Positions 47,501 through 60,480 of a stretch of 64,000 bases of DNA are shown piece by piece. The DNA comes from Eutreptiella sp. 'Long Island Sound 2002' (lineage: Eukaryota; Protista; Euglenida): assembly GCA_964036045.1 (NCBI GenBank), contig OZ038378.1, forward strand, positions 183,706,001 through 183,770,000, given 5' to 3'. Position 1 is the stretch's first letter; each line of letters starts with the position of its first letter. Made by a program: the position numbers and the translations under genes. The notes below the pieces were generated by a model. It was not told where the DNA came from. It did not search any database and saw nothing but the letters and a program-made list of their open reading frames with translations.

Positions 47501-49599
47501 GTGGGTTATTTCCTCCACTAATTAGATCGGATTTTGGATAACCTCGTCTGCTTCCGAAAGGTTTAATTGAAATTATCCCACTAGAACTGATAGGCAAGTT
47601 GTTTTTTCACTGCGTTGCATCAAGGGGGCAATGCATGGTTCAAGACTGACCTCATTTTTCGATGTGGCTTGTGTCATATCTGTCATTGCGGATTTCACAA
47701 AGGCGCCTCATCTAGGGGCAGGGTGTACCCCTTGATTGTTTTCCACTGGAAAGATGCTCATTCATTTTGTTTTTTTGGTGCCTTAGTGCTTGTTGGTGTT
47801 GGGCAGCTGTCTTGTTTTGCTCCTGGACTGGTTTCATGAGATCCTCGGATGAGGCCATGAGCCCTTTGCTTATTAGCATCCTTTGCATCTTTGATTTGGG
47901 AGGCAAACATTTCTTGAGTTGATCAATGGCTTCAGAGTGGTGTTTTCATACATTCTGTTATAAATTGAAGAAGACTAGGACGTAGTCTATCCTATTTATA
48001 AATCTTCATGTCGCATTGCATGCATTTGTAGTTGTGTCTGTAAGAGGGTGTTGTTACACCGCATGCGCACTGTGGCAACGTTTGGTGGTCAGACATTTGT
48101 CAACCAAACATGCACCCAAACAAACAGTCCATAGAACCCTAGAGTTTGTTTGCAAGCACAAGACTTGTGTTCATGAGGCTCTTTCATGGTTGCTAACAAT
48201 TTTCGGAGGATCATAAGTGGCTTTTGTGTTTTTTGCAATCCTCCATAATGTTGTTGGATGGGTGGAGTTATATTTCACAGCTTTCAAGATGGTTGTTGTT
48301 ATTTCTGAAAGGTTTTCAAATGGTTGTGGTTGTTGTTTGTTTCATACTTTTGAATGGTTGTTGCTATCTTCTTGGATCTTTTAGATGCATGATGAGGTCT
48401 AGATGGTTTTTGTTATTTCTTGGAAATTTGTACATGATGCTTGTTCACCTCCCCCCCCATGGGGGGCTTTTAATTGGGGGGCCGAGGAATGGGGCCCCGC
48501 CCCCCTCTAAAAGCAGTCCTTATGCCATTATATACGATCCGCGCGCCGAAACGAAACATATCCCAAAAGTGTACGATGCAGCCCCTCTAAATGACCGCCT
48601 CAAAGAGCTGATTCGCGCCGTCATATTTGTTTCGATTGATCATGGCTGTTTTGCAAAGTTAGGACCTTTACAAGGTTTTAACTTCTTTACTAGCATCCAC
48701 TAATTCCATATAAGCTAGGGATGCGATTTAAAGGTGCACCAGCAAAGTTGAGGTGCCGAACAACACTACATATAAACCACAGGCCCCAAATCTCAAGAAA
48801 TCTATTTGACATATTATTTATTTGCTGTGCACGCGTGCATTTTGCAGTCGCCGGCATTTGCGATCTTTCATTTTGACTGTGCAAAGTGAAATCGGGCTAC
48901 AATGCACTAAATTTCCTTCTAAGACCAGATTTATAAATGATTCTAAAAGCATCGTCTTGCTGTTCAATCGAGAAACCGCCGTCGTTTGGTTTTAGCACCG
49001 CTTTTCGATTTGACGGTTTTCAGCGCCCTCAGCCGCCTTTTTAAGCTCAAAAATGGAAAGAACACCCCCAAATTGACCAAAATTGCCCTTGATTTCGTCA
49101 AAATCCGATACAATAGGCCCGAGTTATGAATATGTCAATTTTATGCTATTTGCACCCTGCATCGCTAATCTTGCCCAATGCACCCTCCCTGTCCTTGCGC
49201 TGCTAGCTTAAACATAAGGCAAAGGAGTGTTTTTGCGTTTGTTTGTCACCGCCCGGCTCCGTTTCCGACATAGAAAAGTGACCCGAAAATGGCTAAAAAC
49301 GTAATAAGGCTTTTCTTTTGATGGTGCTTCGCACCAGCAAAGGAAAAGCCACACCAAGCACGAAAGACGAAGGATTCATTTAACCTTACTTTTCCACACC
49401 CTCCGCAACATATCATGTATCATTGCTTCATTGAAATTTCCTCAACATGCTCATCTTTCTTTGTTATAAATACGTGATCATGCACGTGCATATCGTGCAA
49501 TCTGAATTCGTCGTCCGACACATACCCTTCGGAGGCGATCACAGCCCGCACACTGCCCTTCCCCATCTCGTGGAGCCCCCCTCCGCTTGTTTTCTCTAG

Positions 49600-50790
49600 A
49601 GCTTTTTAAACGCTTGGTTTTATTTCATGTTCGGGTACGCACGACATAAAAAGTTTTCACTGCATGAAATTTCAGCTTGTATATGTGGTTAACAATTCTC
49701 CACTGATGCAACTTTATTAAAGATGTCCAATTGTGCTGCCTTACTTGCTCCATCACTTTTTTCTCAGTTGAACCCTGCCAAAGATGGAGAAATTGCATTT
49801 AGTCTTGTGTGTTGGGCAAAGGAAAATCAATCACTAAATGCATCACTTTCAACACATACAAAAAACCAAACTACTTTTCTTTGCGTGAAAGCATATACAG
49901 AGTGCATCATTTTCAAATTCAATTCTCTGGGCTAGCGAAGTAGTTGTAAAAGATGACGGGCTATGGATGAAGAACTTGAAGCGGTGAAGTGGCACACAAT
50001 TACTCTACATTGAGGGCTTAAAAAAAATGCCATCCATCTTCGAAGGGGCCATCAATGTACAGTGCCCCATGTACGTTAAAATCTTCTCCGCAACTATTGA
50101 GAGCTACTGGCTGTCGTGTTGAAATTTTTTGCCTCCACAAATGAATGCTACTTCGTCAAAAGTTTTGGGTTTATAAAAGTGTTTGTGATTTTAGCCATTG
50201 ACAATTGCTTGATCTTCGTGACCCTGCCCAGGAGTCTTGAACACTATTGTGGAAATAAATCCTCCCGCAGATCTCGGCAACCTTGGTTGAACCACCGCCG
50301 GAACGCCATCCATGATTTGGTATGCCGACAACATGTCTCTCGAAGTCGGCAGTGTAATCCTTTTGCGTTCCATTCTTCAGTGTCTTTTTGGGGGCGCGTG
50401 CCACACATCTTTTATTTGCCATTCCCCACTCGTGCCTAATGTTGCCCCCTCGTCACAAACAATTTGGAATACCTTCTCGTTGTGTCTAAGAATTTGGCCT
50501 ATCCTTTGCAACCAGTTTATGACGATAGCAAAGGTGCTGGTTAGAAGCGGTGAGAGTGACATTTTGTGCTGTTGAACTCTCATATTCGGCTTATGCAAAT
50601 TGCCGTGCAGGGAAGGTTAACGGTCTAGTGCAGTCTACTTGGAGGACTTCTAAAAATGAGGATAAACCTGCGGCTAGAGATAAGATACTTGATACAGCAG
50701 TAGCGCCGGGTACACATTCCCCCTTTAAACTTTTCTTCATCTTAGGATGCACGCCATCTTGATCTTGATCATAAACATTGAATGACATGG
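49600..50790 (-). pseudogene. Heavily decayed long reading frame in an AT-richer block; possibly CxC5-like, from a DNA transposon
   Basis: A protein-like frame of about 390 codons interrupted by many stops. Segments ICGRIYFHNSV and LHLWQG..MEQVRQHN are only loosely reminiscent of CxC5 proteins. Confidence 0.3.
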
Positions 50791-51538
50791 TGTATCATGG
50801 TGTAACATGGTGGGATTTTCGTATGCGGTGAGGAAATGAAAAAACAGTATATTTTATAAACAAGTAAAATCTAATGCGAAAACATTGTACTTCTTGCAGT
50901 TCACAATAATTTTGCATCTAGAGGCTGGTAGATACACATGCACCCTGGATCGGGATGGGTCGGGATGTGGAGTTCTGGGTAATCTCTACCGCTTTTGATC
51001 TGCCGTAAAATACCTAATCCCATTACACGTTAAGATTACGACACAATAAGTGTTCTTTGTGGTATGCCAATGTGTTCTTTGTGTGTTCACACGTGCAAGC
51101 AAGCATGTCAATCGCATGTGTATCACTATGGATATCAAAATGTGGAGAAGGCAATAATAGGAAAAGAAATCATATTAAGGAGCAATAGTCCGTGGGGCTT
51201 CTGCCCATTCCATCACCCAGATTCACCCAAGGGGCAAGTCATGCGGGTATCAGGAGAGCTGCTGCCCTGTATGACAAGAGGCTCCTCCCACCGTCCGTTA
51301 CGTTTGCTCTCGGGAAGCCCGTCCATGCCTCACGAGCCCAGCCGTGTGGCTAGTAGACGGGGTATCTGCCTGCATGCTATACAGGCAATAATAGTAAAAC
51401 ACGCCGTGAGAATTATGCATGATACTGAGCATGTTGAAGTATGCTGATGTCATAGTGTTGATGTTATAGTGCTGCATTAGTCACTATGGTAGTGTACTCA
51501 ACGTTGCATGGATGAAATCGTCGGCGGATATATCCCTC

Positions 51539-51800
51539 CTACAAAAAATAAACATCTCTCTTTTGGAAAATTCGTTGACAAAAGTCATGATGTCCTCTTG
51601 TCATAGGCGGTAGTCCTGAGACCAAATCAATCAACACTTTGTGCCACTTGGTATCCGGCACTGGGGGGAGCTGTGGCTGTCTCGACGTTGATGCGTTCCT
51701 CGACTTAGTGGCTGGGGACACATTATAGATAAAGAAATAGTGTCAGATCCTGAATGCATAAGAAGTTTAAAAAAACCCGATTATGTCCAACAAAGGGCCG
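51539..51800 (-). mobile_element. Decayed Ty3/Gypsy LTR-retrotransposon integrase fragment
   Basis: QPQLPPVPDTKWHKVLIDLVSGLPPMTRGH resembles the L.P.P.P..PW..I.MDF..GLP start of the Gypsy integrase core. The frame is broken. Confidence 0.7.
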
Positions 51801-54800
51801 AAACTAGGCCCAAGTTGTTAACTAGGTTGGTGCGTGCATGGCATTCTCTATGCCCCCCCAAAATTTGAGTGATCTAATGTACAGCAATACGAAAAATACG
51901 TACAGTGCACCAAGCAAATCCCAAAAAAACATCGTGCAGGCACAGCACAAGGCAACCACAGCACAAACATTCCTATGCACAATTGTGCTGTTGAGGGTGT
52001 GGTGGCATTGCAGAATCTTGCAAGCACACCATGTTTGCTGTGAAAATTATCACTCGTCCATTTGTACACAATGAAAGATCTTGATTTTCCCATTGGGAAA
52101 CTGAATGAGGTTTGGTTGTCAAAAGACGTTTTTCTATCATGACCTTCTGAGGGTGGTTAAAATTGTCACTCATATGCATACACAGAAACAGTGCAGCTGC
52201 CACCCCACATGAGTGCACCAACAGGCTCCTGCCATCTGCCCTTTGTACAGCATATGCCATACTTGAGTACATTGGAGCTGTCACGGCTTTTTTGGTAGGT
52301 AATTCAGTGAAGACAACATCCCACAGCAGGTGACTGGAGTGTTGGCAAATGGAAGATAAGAAGGCGTTTTCCAGGCCTCCACATATTCTCTGAAAAAACA
52401 AATCCAACACGAGGTGACTCAAGGGTGGGCAGAATGGAAGATGGAAAGTGCATGTCGTGGCAGAAAGCGGTCCAACATCCATACACTTGACAACAGATTC
52501 ATCTTCCAAGATTTGGCAACAAGCCATTCTTCTGGTTGTTGACAGACATGAATATTGCCCACAGACCTCGGATCAGATTCATAAAATCTGCAAACCTGCT
52601 GGCGATTGCATTCTCTTTTTTGCTGAATGGGGGGCGGAAACGTGAGATGGCACAACCCAGCAAATAGCCAACCCAAACATTTCCCCCAGGGCTGCGATTC
52701 CTGCTTCTACATCATTCTTTTGTGACAGGAATGCCATCCCCTTCTTGCAATGGTCTGCATCTGTCCTGTACTTTGTTTCATGTTCAAACTGAAAGTGACC
52801 AGCATGTACATTGATGAACGCATGGCAACCACTTTCATCAAACAACATGCCATGACCAAGGACCCTGCATGCCGTCTCTGAAAGCAAGGATGCTTAACTG
52901 TCTGCAGGCCAAAACAATCGTATGACAATACACTGGTTGCTATTGCAAGCTGGGAACCAGCTACCTCATCCAAGCATCATAAGTGCGGAAATAATTGTTG
53001 CTTTTCTGGGCTTGTTATATTGTTCATAGGATTCATGACTTGGGTATGCAGATTCCCAGAAGACTGCAATTGTGTTATGAAGCCATGCTGCACCATACAG
53101 GCACCTGCTATCAAGAAATTTGCAAACAGACTTCGTCCCTTGCACAGCCAGACCTTATGGCACATCAGCAGCAGGAGGGAAAGCGTGATTGCAGGGCCTG
53201 AAGGTGTATGGAGTGGATAGAAGGAAAAAACTCAGACGGAAACATAGCTCGTTTGTATTCGAAAGCTCGTTTGTATTCATTACCAGCGGCATACCAATAT
53301 TTGTTTGTCTGTTTCATGTTCCTACATCTGCCTGTCTGTTCTAACATGTGCACAACTTATGTGACAGTGCATGTGCTCATAAAGGGGCAGTTAGAATTGC
53401 GATTATGGTCAACCATATAGTACTGCAATGATGCCCATATGTGCGAAAACGGACCGAAGGGGAGACTGAGGGGTAGCTGCTACACATTACCACTGTAGAG
53501 CCCTGTGGCTGTGGTTTACCTGGTGCATGACGGGGCTCCGAAAAGAGCTGGTCTGCATGCAAATGCCAACGAATGTGAAAATAGCTGATCCCGATACATC
53601 AGCACCAATCTCACTGGGACAGATGCTGCCGTACACGACGCCATATTCCACACATTGTACATTGGTGCAGAAGCTGCAGTGCAGAGCCTGGATTCAATGT
53701 ACATCAGGCATGGGAATGCCGGTCCACTTTAGCAGTAGAGCAGATGGTTGGCCAGACAGAGCTGCAAGAGCAACCGAAACAGACAGGCGCTCTGCACATT
53801 ATACAGCACTGCAAAACCCACTAGGTTGGGCTAAGCCACCTCGCAGTCTGCAGCAATACACCAAAAAATCTCTTCAAGAACCATACTGAGATGGATTGGC
53901 TGGGTACAAAGGCATCTGTGTGGGATGGGACCATGACGATTGTTTCCCGAGGTGATGTGACAGTCAGCAGTCAATAATACTGATGATATGCGACTCGTGC
54001 ACAGAACATGGGGCCAGCAGACCATCCACTGAGCAGGCAGCGTTGGGGCGCATGACACAGGCCCCTAACGTATGAATTGTTGTACCATTCAGTGGCATGT
54101 TCAGCCCAATTGCCTGGGTGTGACAGCCAGAACTTGTGAAAATGCGGCTGCCAAGATGTGCATTGCACCAAGCAGAGGTGGACCGTGGCTTTGTGGTACG
54201 CCCCGACAAGCGAGCCCCTTCCCATCCATTTCTCAAACCCAACACCCGAGCTGCTTAGAAGCACCCAGACATGCCTTGAGCCAGACCCTGGTGCGCGCAG
54301 TACAGTATCCCAAATTTCCGTGCGTTCACTGTCAATCACTTTCACCCTAATGGCTAGACCTGTCGTCACGATCATGAAAGAAAACCTAAGTTCTTCAGGG
54401 CCGGCCCTAGCCATCTTCACCCAGGTGCTCAGCCTTTGCACAGACGCTTCGGCTTCGCGACGCACTGGAAGATTGCATCGGCACTTACAGCTCCAAAGAG
54501 ACATCCGATGGGGCGGATTATTTTTTTTTATCGTCAGCGTGGAACTACCAGCGCGCGTTGCGGTATGGGAAACAGACAGCCGGGGCAAACTGCAAGATCA
54601 GAGCATTCCATGTCTGTTGATCTTGCTGCTGCATCAGGTTCAGTAGAGCATGCATGGTGACGTGCAGTCCCGTGACACCTTGGGGGGTGGACCAAATGCA
54701 GATGAGTGGGGTGGTGCATGCCAGCATCTACACCCTCCCATACACCTCACCACGTCTCTGTGACACTCCAAAAACGACACCTCCGTTGAGCCATATCAAG

Positions 54801-57800
54801 TCAAGGCTGTCGTACAAATGCACACATTTTGAAGCATTCTCATCGTCTTACTATTGCATCATCATTGGTCATTGGATAACACAGACTCCAGCCATCTTTC
54901 AAGCTGAAAACAAACAGGGCAATACCGGAATTTCTGCATCCACTCAAGGACACCAGAATACGTGGCTGGTGCAATTGAATGTTACGGTGCGGAGGGGTCA
55001 GGGGGCACAGGTGCGGAATTCGCAGAACAACAGGCAGCAGGCAGCAACGGCACGTGAAGGCACAAGCGACCATGACCTTCGTACCGGGAAGGCCCCAATT
55101 CAGGATCACCAGAACAGAGGAATAAAAATTTCAAAACAACGCATCGTCTTTGCAGCTGCGGGCCGGGGCTCCAGAAAGGTAAAAAAAGAAACCCCCGAAA
55201 ACATGCCGAATGGGGCACGCACAAAGCGTGCAGATTGTGCCATGCTCTGCGGGGACACCCCTGAGAAGGGCCAGAGTGTGGTGACTACTGGGTGGCCATC
55301 GGAGGGTGTCGCCCTAGCCCAGGGCACTCTCTGTTGGTTTCACAAATATCATGGGTCCGGCAAGTACAATTGCGCGCGTGCAGACATGTGGATAAATGTA
55401 TGTGGGAGTGGGTGGGTGTGCGCTCGTGTGGGTGTGGGTGTGGGTGTGGGTGTTCCGCAGGCCAAGAAGGGTGTGCAATAGAGGCTGAAAGAGGACGCCA
55501 TTCAGCACCTTCGGATGAACGTACGTGCTCCCCTTTTGACGAGGGAATCCTCCACTTGCGGATAGGTGGGTTGTCTGCCCAGCCGTTGGGTTGGGGGTGG
55601 GGAGGAGGGAGGTTTCAAAAAAAAATTGTTTTCACTGCGTGAGAGTGGGACAGTTGCCCCTCTGCCCATCAGTGCTGCTGCTGCCCCTTGGCGTCCCTCC
55701 CGCCGGCGCCTGGGTGCTCCATACAAAGTCTTTCCCAAGACAGTGAAATTTGGAGGGTGCTCACCACCACTGAAATGTAACAGGGCCGGGGGTTCCCTAA
55801 GGGCAGGGGGGGTTGAGACCTAAATAAGGTGAGCTAAGCGAAGGTGTAGGTGGAACCTTTGGAGACTAACCCTGTTTAACACAGCCACATACCAAGAGGC
55901 ACTGGATTGCAACCATTAAATTGCAACCATTGCAGGCCAATGGGGGGGGGGGGGGGATATGCAACATGGACGCAGGCTGCACTGCGTTGGAATCGGGGAG
56001 TGATGTCACGCAGCACGTCAGAAGGACGTCCAGGGAGGCCTCGGGATGACATTGCCGCCCGATTCCATGCTGACGGGCGTCGTCTGCGGAATCAGAAGCT
56101 CAACATGTCGCCACGTGCGCGCCCACACAGGAGGGCAAAAGACGGCAAACATCAGCAGAATGCGCAAGCCCCCGTCGCTGCATGTGAGCTGGTCCGGCAC
56201 AAACAGTCACATCAAAATCGTTGCCTCAGCAAAAAAAAAATCCGCTGTGACTGTCCAGTGCGGCGTCGGAAATATGATGCACCGGTGGCCGTTAACGGCC
56301 GACTGCTCGGCGCCGTTGCTTCGCACGCAACCGAACTCAGCACCCGGGCTCCTCCCAAAATGCCCTGGACGGTGCTCACCACCGCATTGCAGGGCCCGGG
56401 AGGAGTAACGGAAAGAGTGAAAGGGGGGGCGGCGGAGGGGAACCACAGAATCTCAGGAGCCAAGAGGAACGAGCGGGATCTCTTGATCTCAACACACGGG
56501 AGGGGGGGGGGGGGCAAGTCAAATGGGCCAGTGCAAATTGGGCGGTGAAAAAAGCGGCGTTGGGTTCCAGAAAGAGCATTCAAAAAGCCATGGCAAATTT
56601 GGCGGGAGGGCTCAAGTCTCAGGTGCCACTTCCCTGTGCAGGAGAGACCAGTGATGGGGGTCCACTTGGTCTCAGGCCCTGACAGGTGTTTGACGTGACA
56701 AGCGGGGCCGGCTGCTGGTATCTGCAACAATACCTGCCTACGGCAGCCAGAGAGGAGGGACCTCCTCTCCCTGGAACCTTTGCTGATTTGGCGCACTAAT
56801 TTGGCGGCTAACTTGAGAAACCCAATTGCAGGCACCAATTACGACCTGCCCCAACCCCCCAACCCCCCCCGCTGCTCTGCACCGCCGACCACTAAATGCA
56901 AACAACGCGCGCAGGGGTGTGACAAGTCGAATTCGAAGCCACGAGGGTGTGGGCTCTGGGGCCGCTGTGGCGTTGCCTAGAGGCGACAAAGGACTGGCCA
57001 CTGGGGCGTTTCGGGCGATGGGGCTTGCACAGTGTCGGAGGAGGAACAGAGCCTGTACAGTGGCTCGGAGTGCCGCACCCAGACCCTTCAGCACAGGGAA
57101 TCATAAGCACATGCGAAGAGAGTTGTGCACGAAAGGGGAGCGGCCTTTGGCGCTGTGGTGAGCTACTGTTTTGCCCCGTCTCTTCTGCCCCGTTCTGTGC
57201 TGGACCGTCCCCGTCAGACCACTACGACATGGCCAGACCCAAGCAAGTCGCATCGAGGACATGCATGTGCATGCAAACAGTGCACCATGCGGCCGGTGGG
57301 TGGCGCCCTACTTACCATCGTCTTGCTCCTCGCGTGCCGCCACCGCTGCCACCGGCACTGCTGCTGCTGCTCATGTTGTTCTTGTTATCATTGCTTGTGG
57401 TGCTGCTGCTGCCAATACTGTCGTTGTTGTTGTGGGGGCAGAGGCCCAGTAAGGCCCAAAAGCTAATGCAAAGGAGTCGGCTGAAGAGTTTGAGGGCAGG
57501 TGACCCTCTCGGGTTCGCCCTGTGTCATTCACGCTGATGACAGCAAGTGTATCCTTCAGTTAAAATCGCGGTTGTTCCGGGGATTCAACGCCAATACTGA
57601 TGAGGGGGGTCAGCATGGGTCAGCGGAGCATCAATGTCTGTTTGTCATAGTCGAAGGATGTGCCACCAGTGGCCACAAACACGACCGCCTGCTGTGGTGT
57701 TATAAGCGCCTCAGCAGTACAACACAGCACGCCCTCCCCCCCGGACCCTCTTCGGGCAAGATATCAGGCGCGCGCGTCCAGGGGAGGGTTAGATGCCCGC

Positions 57801-58914
57801 AACATTTCTGCATGCGGATGTTTGGGTTAGCCTTGGCAGAGGGCACGGAGAGCGGGCATGTCCACCAAGCGGTCTTCCCACGTCAAGTGACAGCAGCAAA
57901 TCGCACATAGCTTGGGCGACATGAGGCAGGCAAACAGTGCCACCAGTGCAACATGCTGCACCTACTCACAGCATCGACTGGCGTCCCGGAAACACGCATG
58001 CAAAAACAAATTCGGGACGTAAATAGAGGGGCTTTTGCCTTGAGCTTGCTGTCATCGGAAGAATGCTGCGCAGAAAGTCGCATCTTCCATCAGCCTGCTT
58101 AACACCGTAATTAAGGCAAATGTGGGGAGAGTGGAGCCCATGCCTGTTGGGGCGGGGCACTTGCATCGTCGAACATGCCTGGCACGCCAGGAGCCCCCGG
58201 GGGACTGTATCCCATCATGCCTGGCACCTCAGGGGCCCATGCTTCGCAACTTTCGGCAAGCGGGGGACTTTCATCGACCAGGCTGGGAAAGCTGGGTATG
58301 CTGGCAATATCGTGGAGATCATGGACGATCGGGAACGAAATGGACTTCTGCGGACAAAGAAGGCGAGACCAGGGGGGGGGGGGGGCTTTGGCACAAGGCC
58401 TCGGTATCTGATTGTTTGCCTTTGGCGGCGCCTATTGGCCTCTTTGGCCGGGGGGGGGGGGGGGGAGGCCCTGCTGTAGCGCCCACAAAAATGTGACAAA
58501 ACGGCATCAAGTTACAAAGTTACAAAATTTTTCATGCCAAAAGGATGAAAAATGGGCCTTTTTGGCGAAAAATAGTGCAGAAAGAAATCACAAACAGCAC
58601 GTCTGTGCACCAGTGCCATGCACATAATAAGCTGACTTATGGCAGAATGCCTGCCAGCTTAGCCCCCAGCTCCTGGCTGTCACCCAGGCCCGTACAGCTC
58701 ACCCCAATGCCTTTTGATGGTTGTTCAAATGCGCGGAATAACTTCATACACAAAGTTATTTCGCATGTGTGGCTGGATTTCCGAAACAAAGTTTTCAGGA
58801 CTTTTGAGGTCCACTGCAAATCTTTGGATTTCATTATGCGGAGATCGATGTAGCAGCCATCAACTGCATGCTGACCTGCCTTTCTCTGCCGTCAGGTCAT
58901 TCGAAAGGGATTGG

Positions 58915-59300
58915 TCTGTAGAGAGACGGTAGAGAGTGACGGCTTAGAGTGGCGGTTTAGAGCGACGGTATAGAGCGACAGTGTAGAGTGATGGTGAGGA
59001 GTGATGGTGAAGAGTGTCGGTGTTGAGAAGCTGCGGTAAGGAGTGATGGTGAAGGATGCCGGTCTTGAGCGACAGTATAGAGTGGTGGGATAAAGTTACA
59101 GTATGGAGCGACGGTTTCGAGTGGCGGTATAAATGACGATGCAGAGTGACGGTCCAGAAGGACAGGGACGGTAAAAAGTGATGGTGAGCGGCGTCAGTAT
59201 AGATTTCTATACCGTCACTCTACACCGTCACGCTACACCAGCCCATGGTGGTAGAAAGTGACGGTTTACACGAACGGCATAGTGTGACGGTATAGACTGG
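58915..59300. repeat. Degenerate 12-bp tandem repeat (tagagtgacggt-like) with a short inverted segment
   Basis: gagtgacgg, gagcgacgg and gagtgatgg recur at about 12-nt spacing; the inverted form accgtcactct is at about 59210-59235. Confidence 0.8.
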
Positions 59301-59694
59301 CAGTAACGAATATGGTTGCAGAGTGCAGGTATCGAGAGTAAATGTGCACGGGTTACCAGATTGTTCCAGTACGCATGAAGGCCCAAATTCACATTTCGAG
59401 CTGGTTCCACTGGGCGCTCTGTCACCCCTATCCAACACCCACCAACGCCCACGAATTTTCTGACTTTTTCATCCGCACGGGTAAATCATACAGCACCGGC
59501 CCAGAGAGCACTCAGATGAGACTACGAATATGATAGGTCTGGAAAAGCGCTCGGTGTCCTTTTTGGGCCCCTCGTCGCTACAAATCAATTTCGGGGCGCA
59601 CTTGCCATGCCCATAATGTCAGTGCAGTTGCGGTTACGAAGTCCCAGCTCAGTGGTTTAGCAGGGGGGTTGGGAAATTGCTTGACTGGGCACAC

Positions 59695-59786
59695 CTCGAC
59701 ATCCTTGACGAACTGGATGCCTTCTTCCACAGTGGGCGCTGTGCACATAATTTCACACAGCCACGTTGGCATGCCATCATCTGGGC
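59695..59786 (-). CDS. Following exon of the ATP-grasp ligase; terminal exon not identified
   Basis: ctctcag|GC ... GAG|gtgtgc, phase 1/0. (G)PDDGMPTWLCEIMCTAPTVEEGIQFVKDVE. Confidence 0.75.
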
Positions 59787-59999
59787 CTGAGAGAAGGCCA
59801 TGCATGGCACACATCAGTTGAAATGAGAGGGCGCGTATGGACTTGACTCACAGGAGAGAATCTAGTCACCGCACTGCCCTTGACGTTCACGTGAACGGCA
59901 ACAAACAATGCAGCTGAAATTTTCCACAGCTACAGACTAGCATTACAAGCCTGGTTTTGTGTCGCATTTTTGGGACCGTTGGGAGAAAGGGTCCACTTT

Positions 60000-60480
60000 C
60001 ATACCACACCGACTTTAAATAGGCCCACTGTAGACACAACGATGTAAGTGGTTTTTGAAATTGGTTCAGATTCTGATCCGGAACTCCGATTTTGGGATCA
60101 TGCATCGTCCATCATCCAATCCCCAATCAATGTCGCCATTTTAGATTCTTGGGCCAAAACTCACATTCACACCAAACCGACATTAAAACAAGTCCACAAT
60201 AGATTGTTTGGAGACAAGACTTCATAATTGGTTTTTGAAATTGGTTCAGAGTCAGCATCTCTGATTGTGGGATCATCCATCATCATCATCTATCATCTTT
60301 TCTCCAATTAGGGTCACATTTTTGGATATTTGACCCAAAACTCACTTTCATACCAAACTGACTTCAAAACGGTTCTAGACTGTTGCAGACACAATTATCC
60401 AAGTGGTTTTTGGAATTGGTTGATTCAGCATTTCCAAATTTGGGATCATCCATCATTATCGTCCATCATCCAATCTCCAA
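60000..60480. repeat. Three degenerate tandem copies of a 175-180-bp unit
   Basis: tggtttttg(a/g)aattggtt at 60049, 60229 and 60404; caaaactcac and gggatcat recur in register. Confidence 0.85.

Noticed and set aside
57315-57520. Minus-strand low-complexity frame ending at a GTAAGT donor
   Set aside because: It is Asn/Ser/Gly-rich simple sequence with no motif and no demonstrable link to the ATP-grasp gene.
57966-58094. Candidate terminal exon of the ATP-grasp gene (ADGRCDFLRSILPM...)
   Set aside because: It has an AG acceptor and fits phase 0, but has no convincing similarity and cannot be told from chance.
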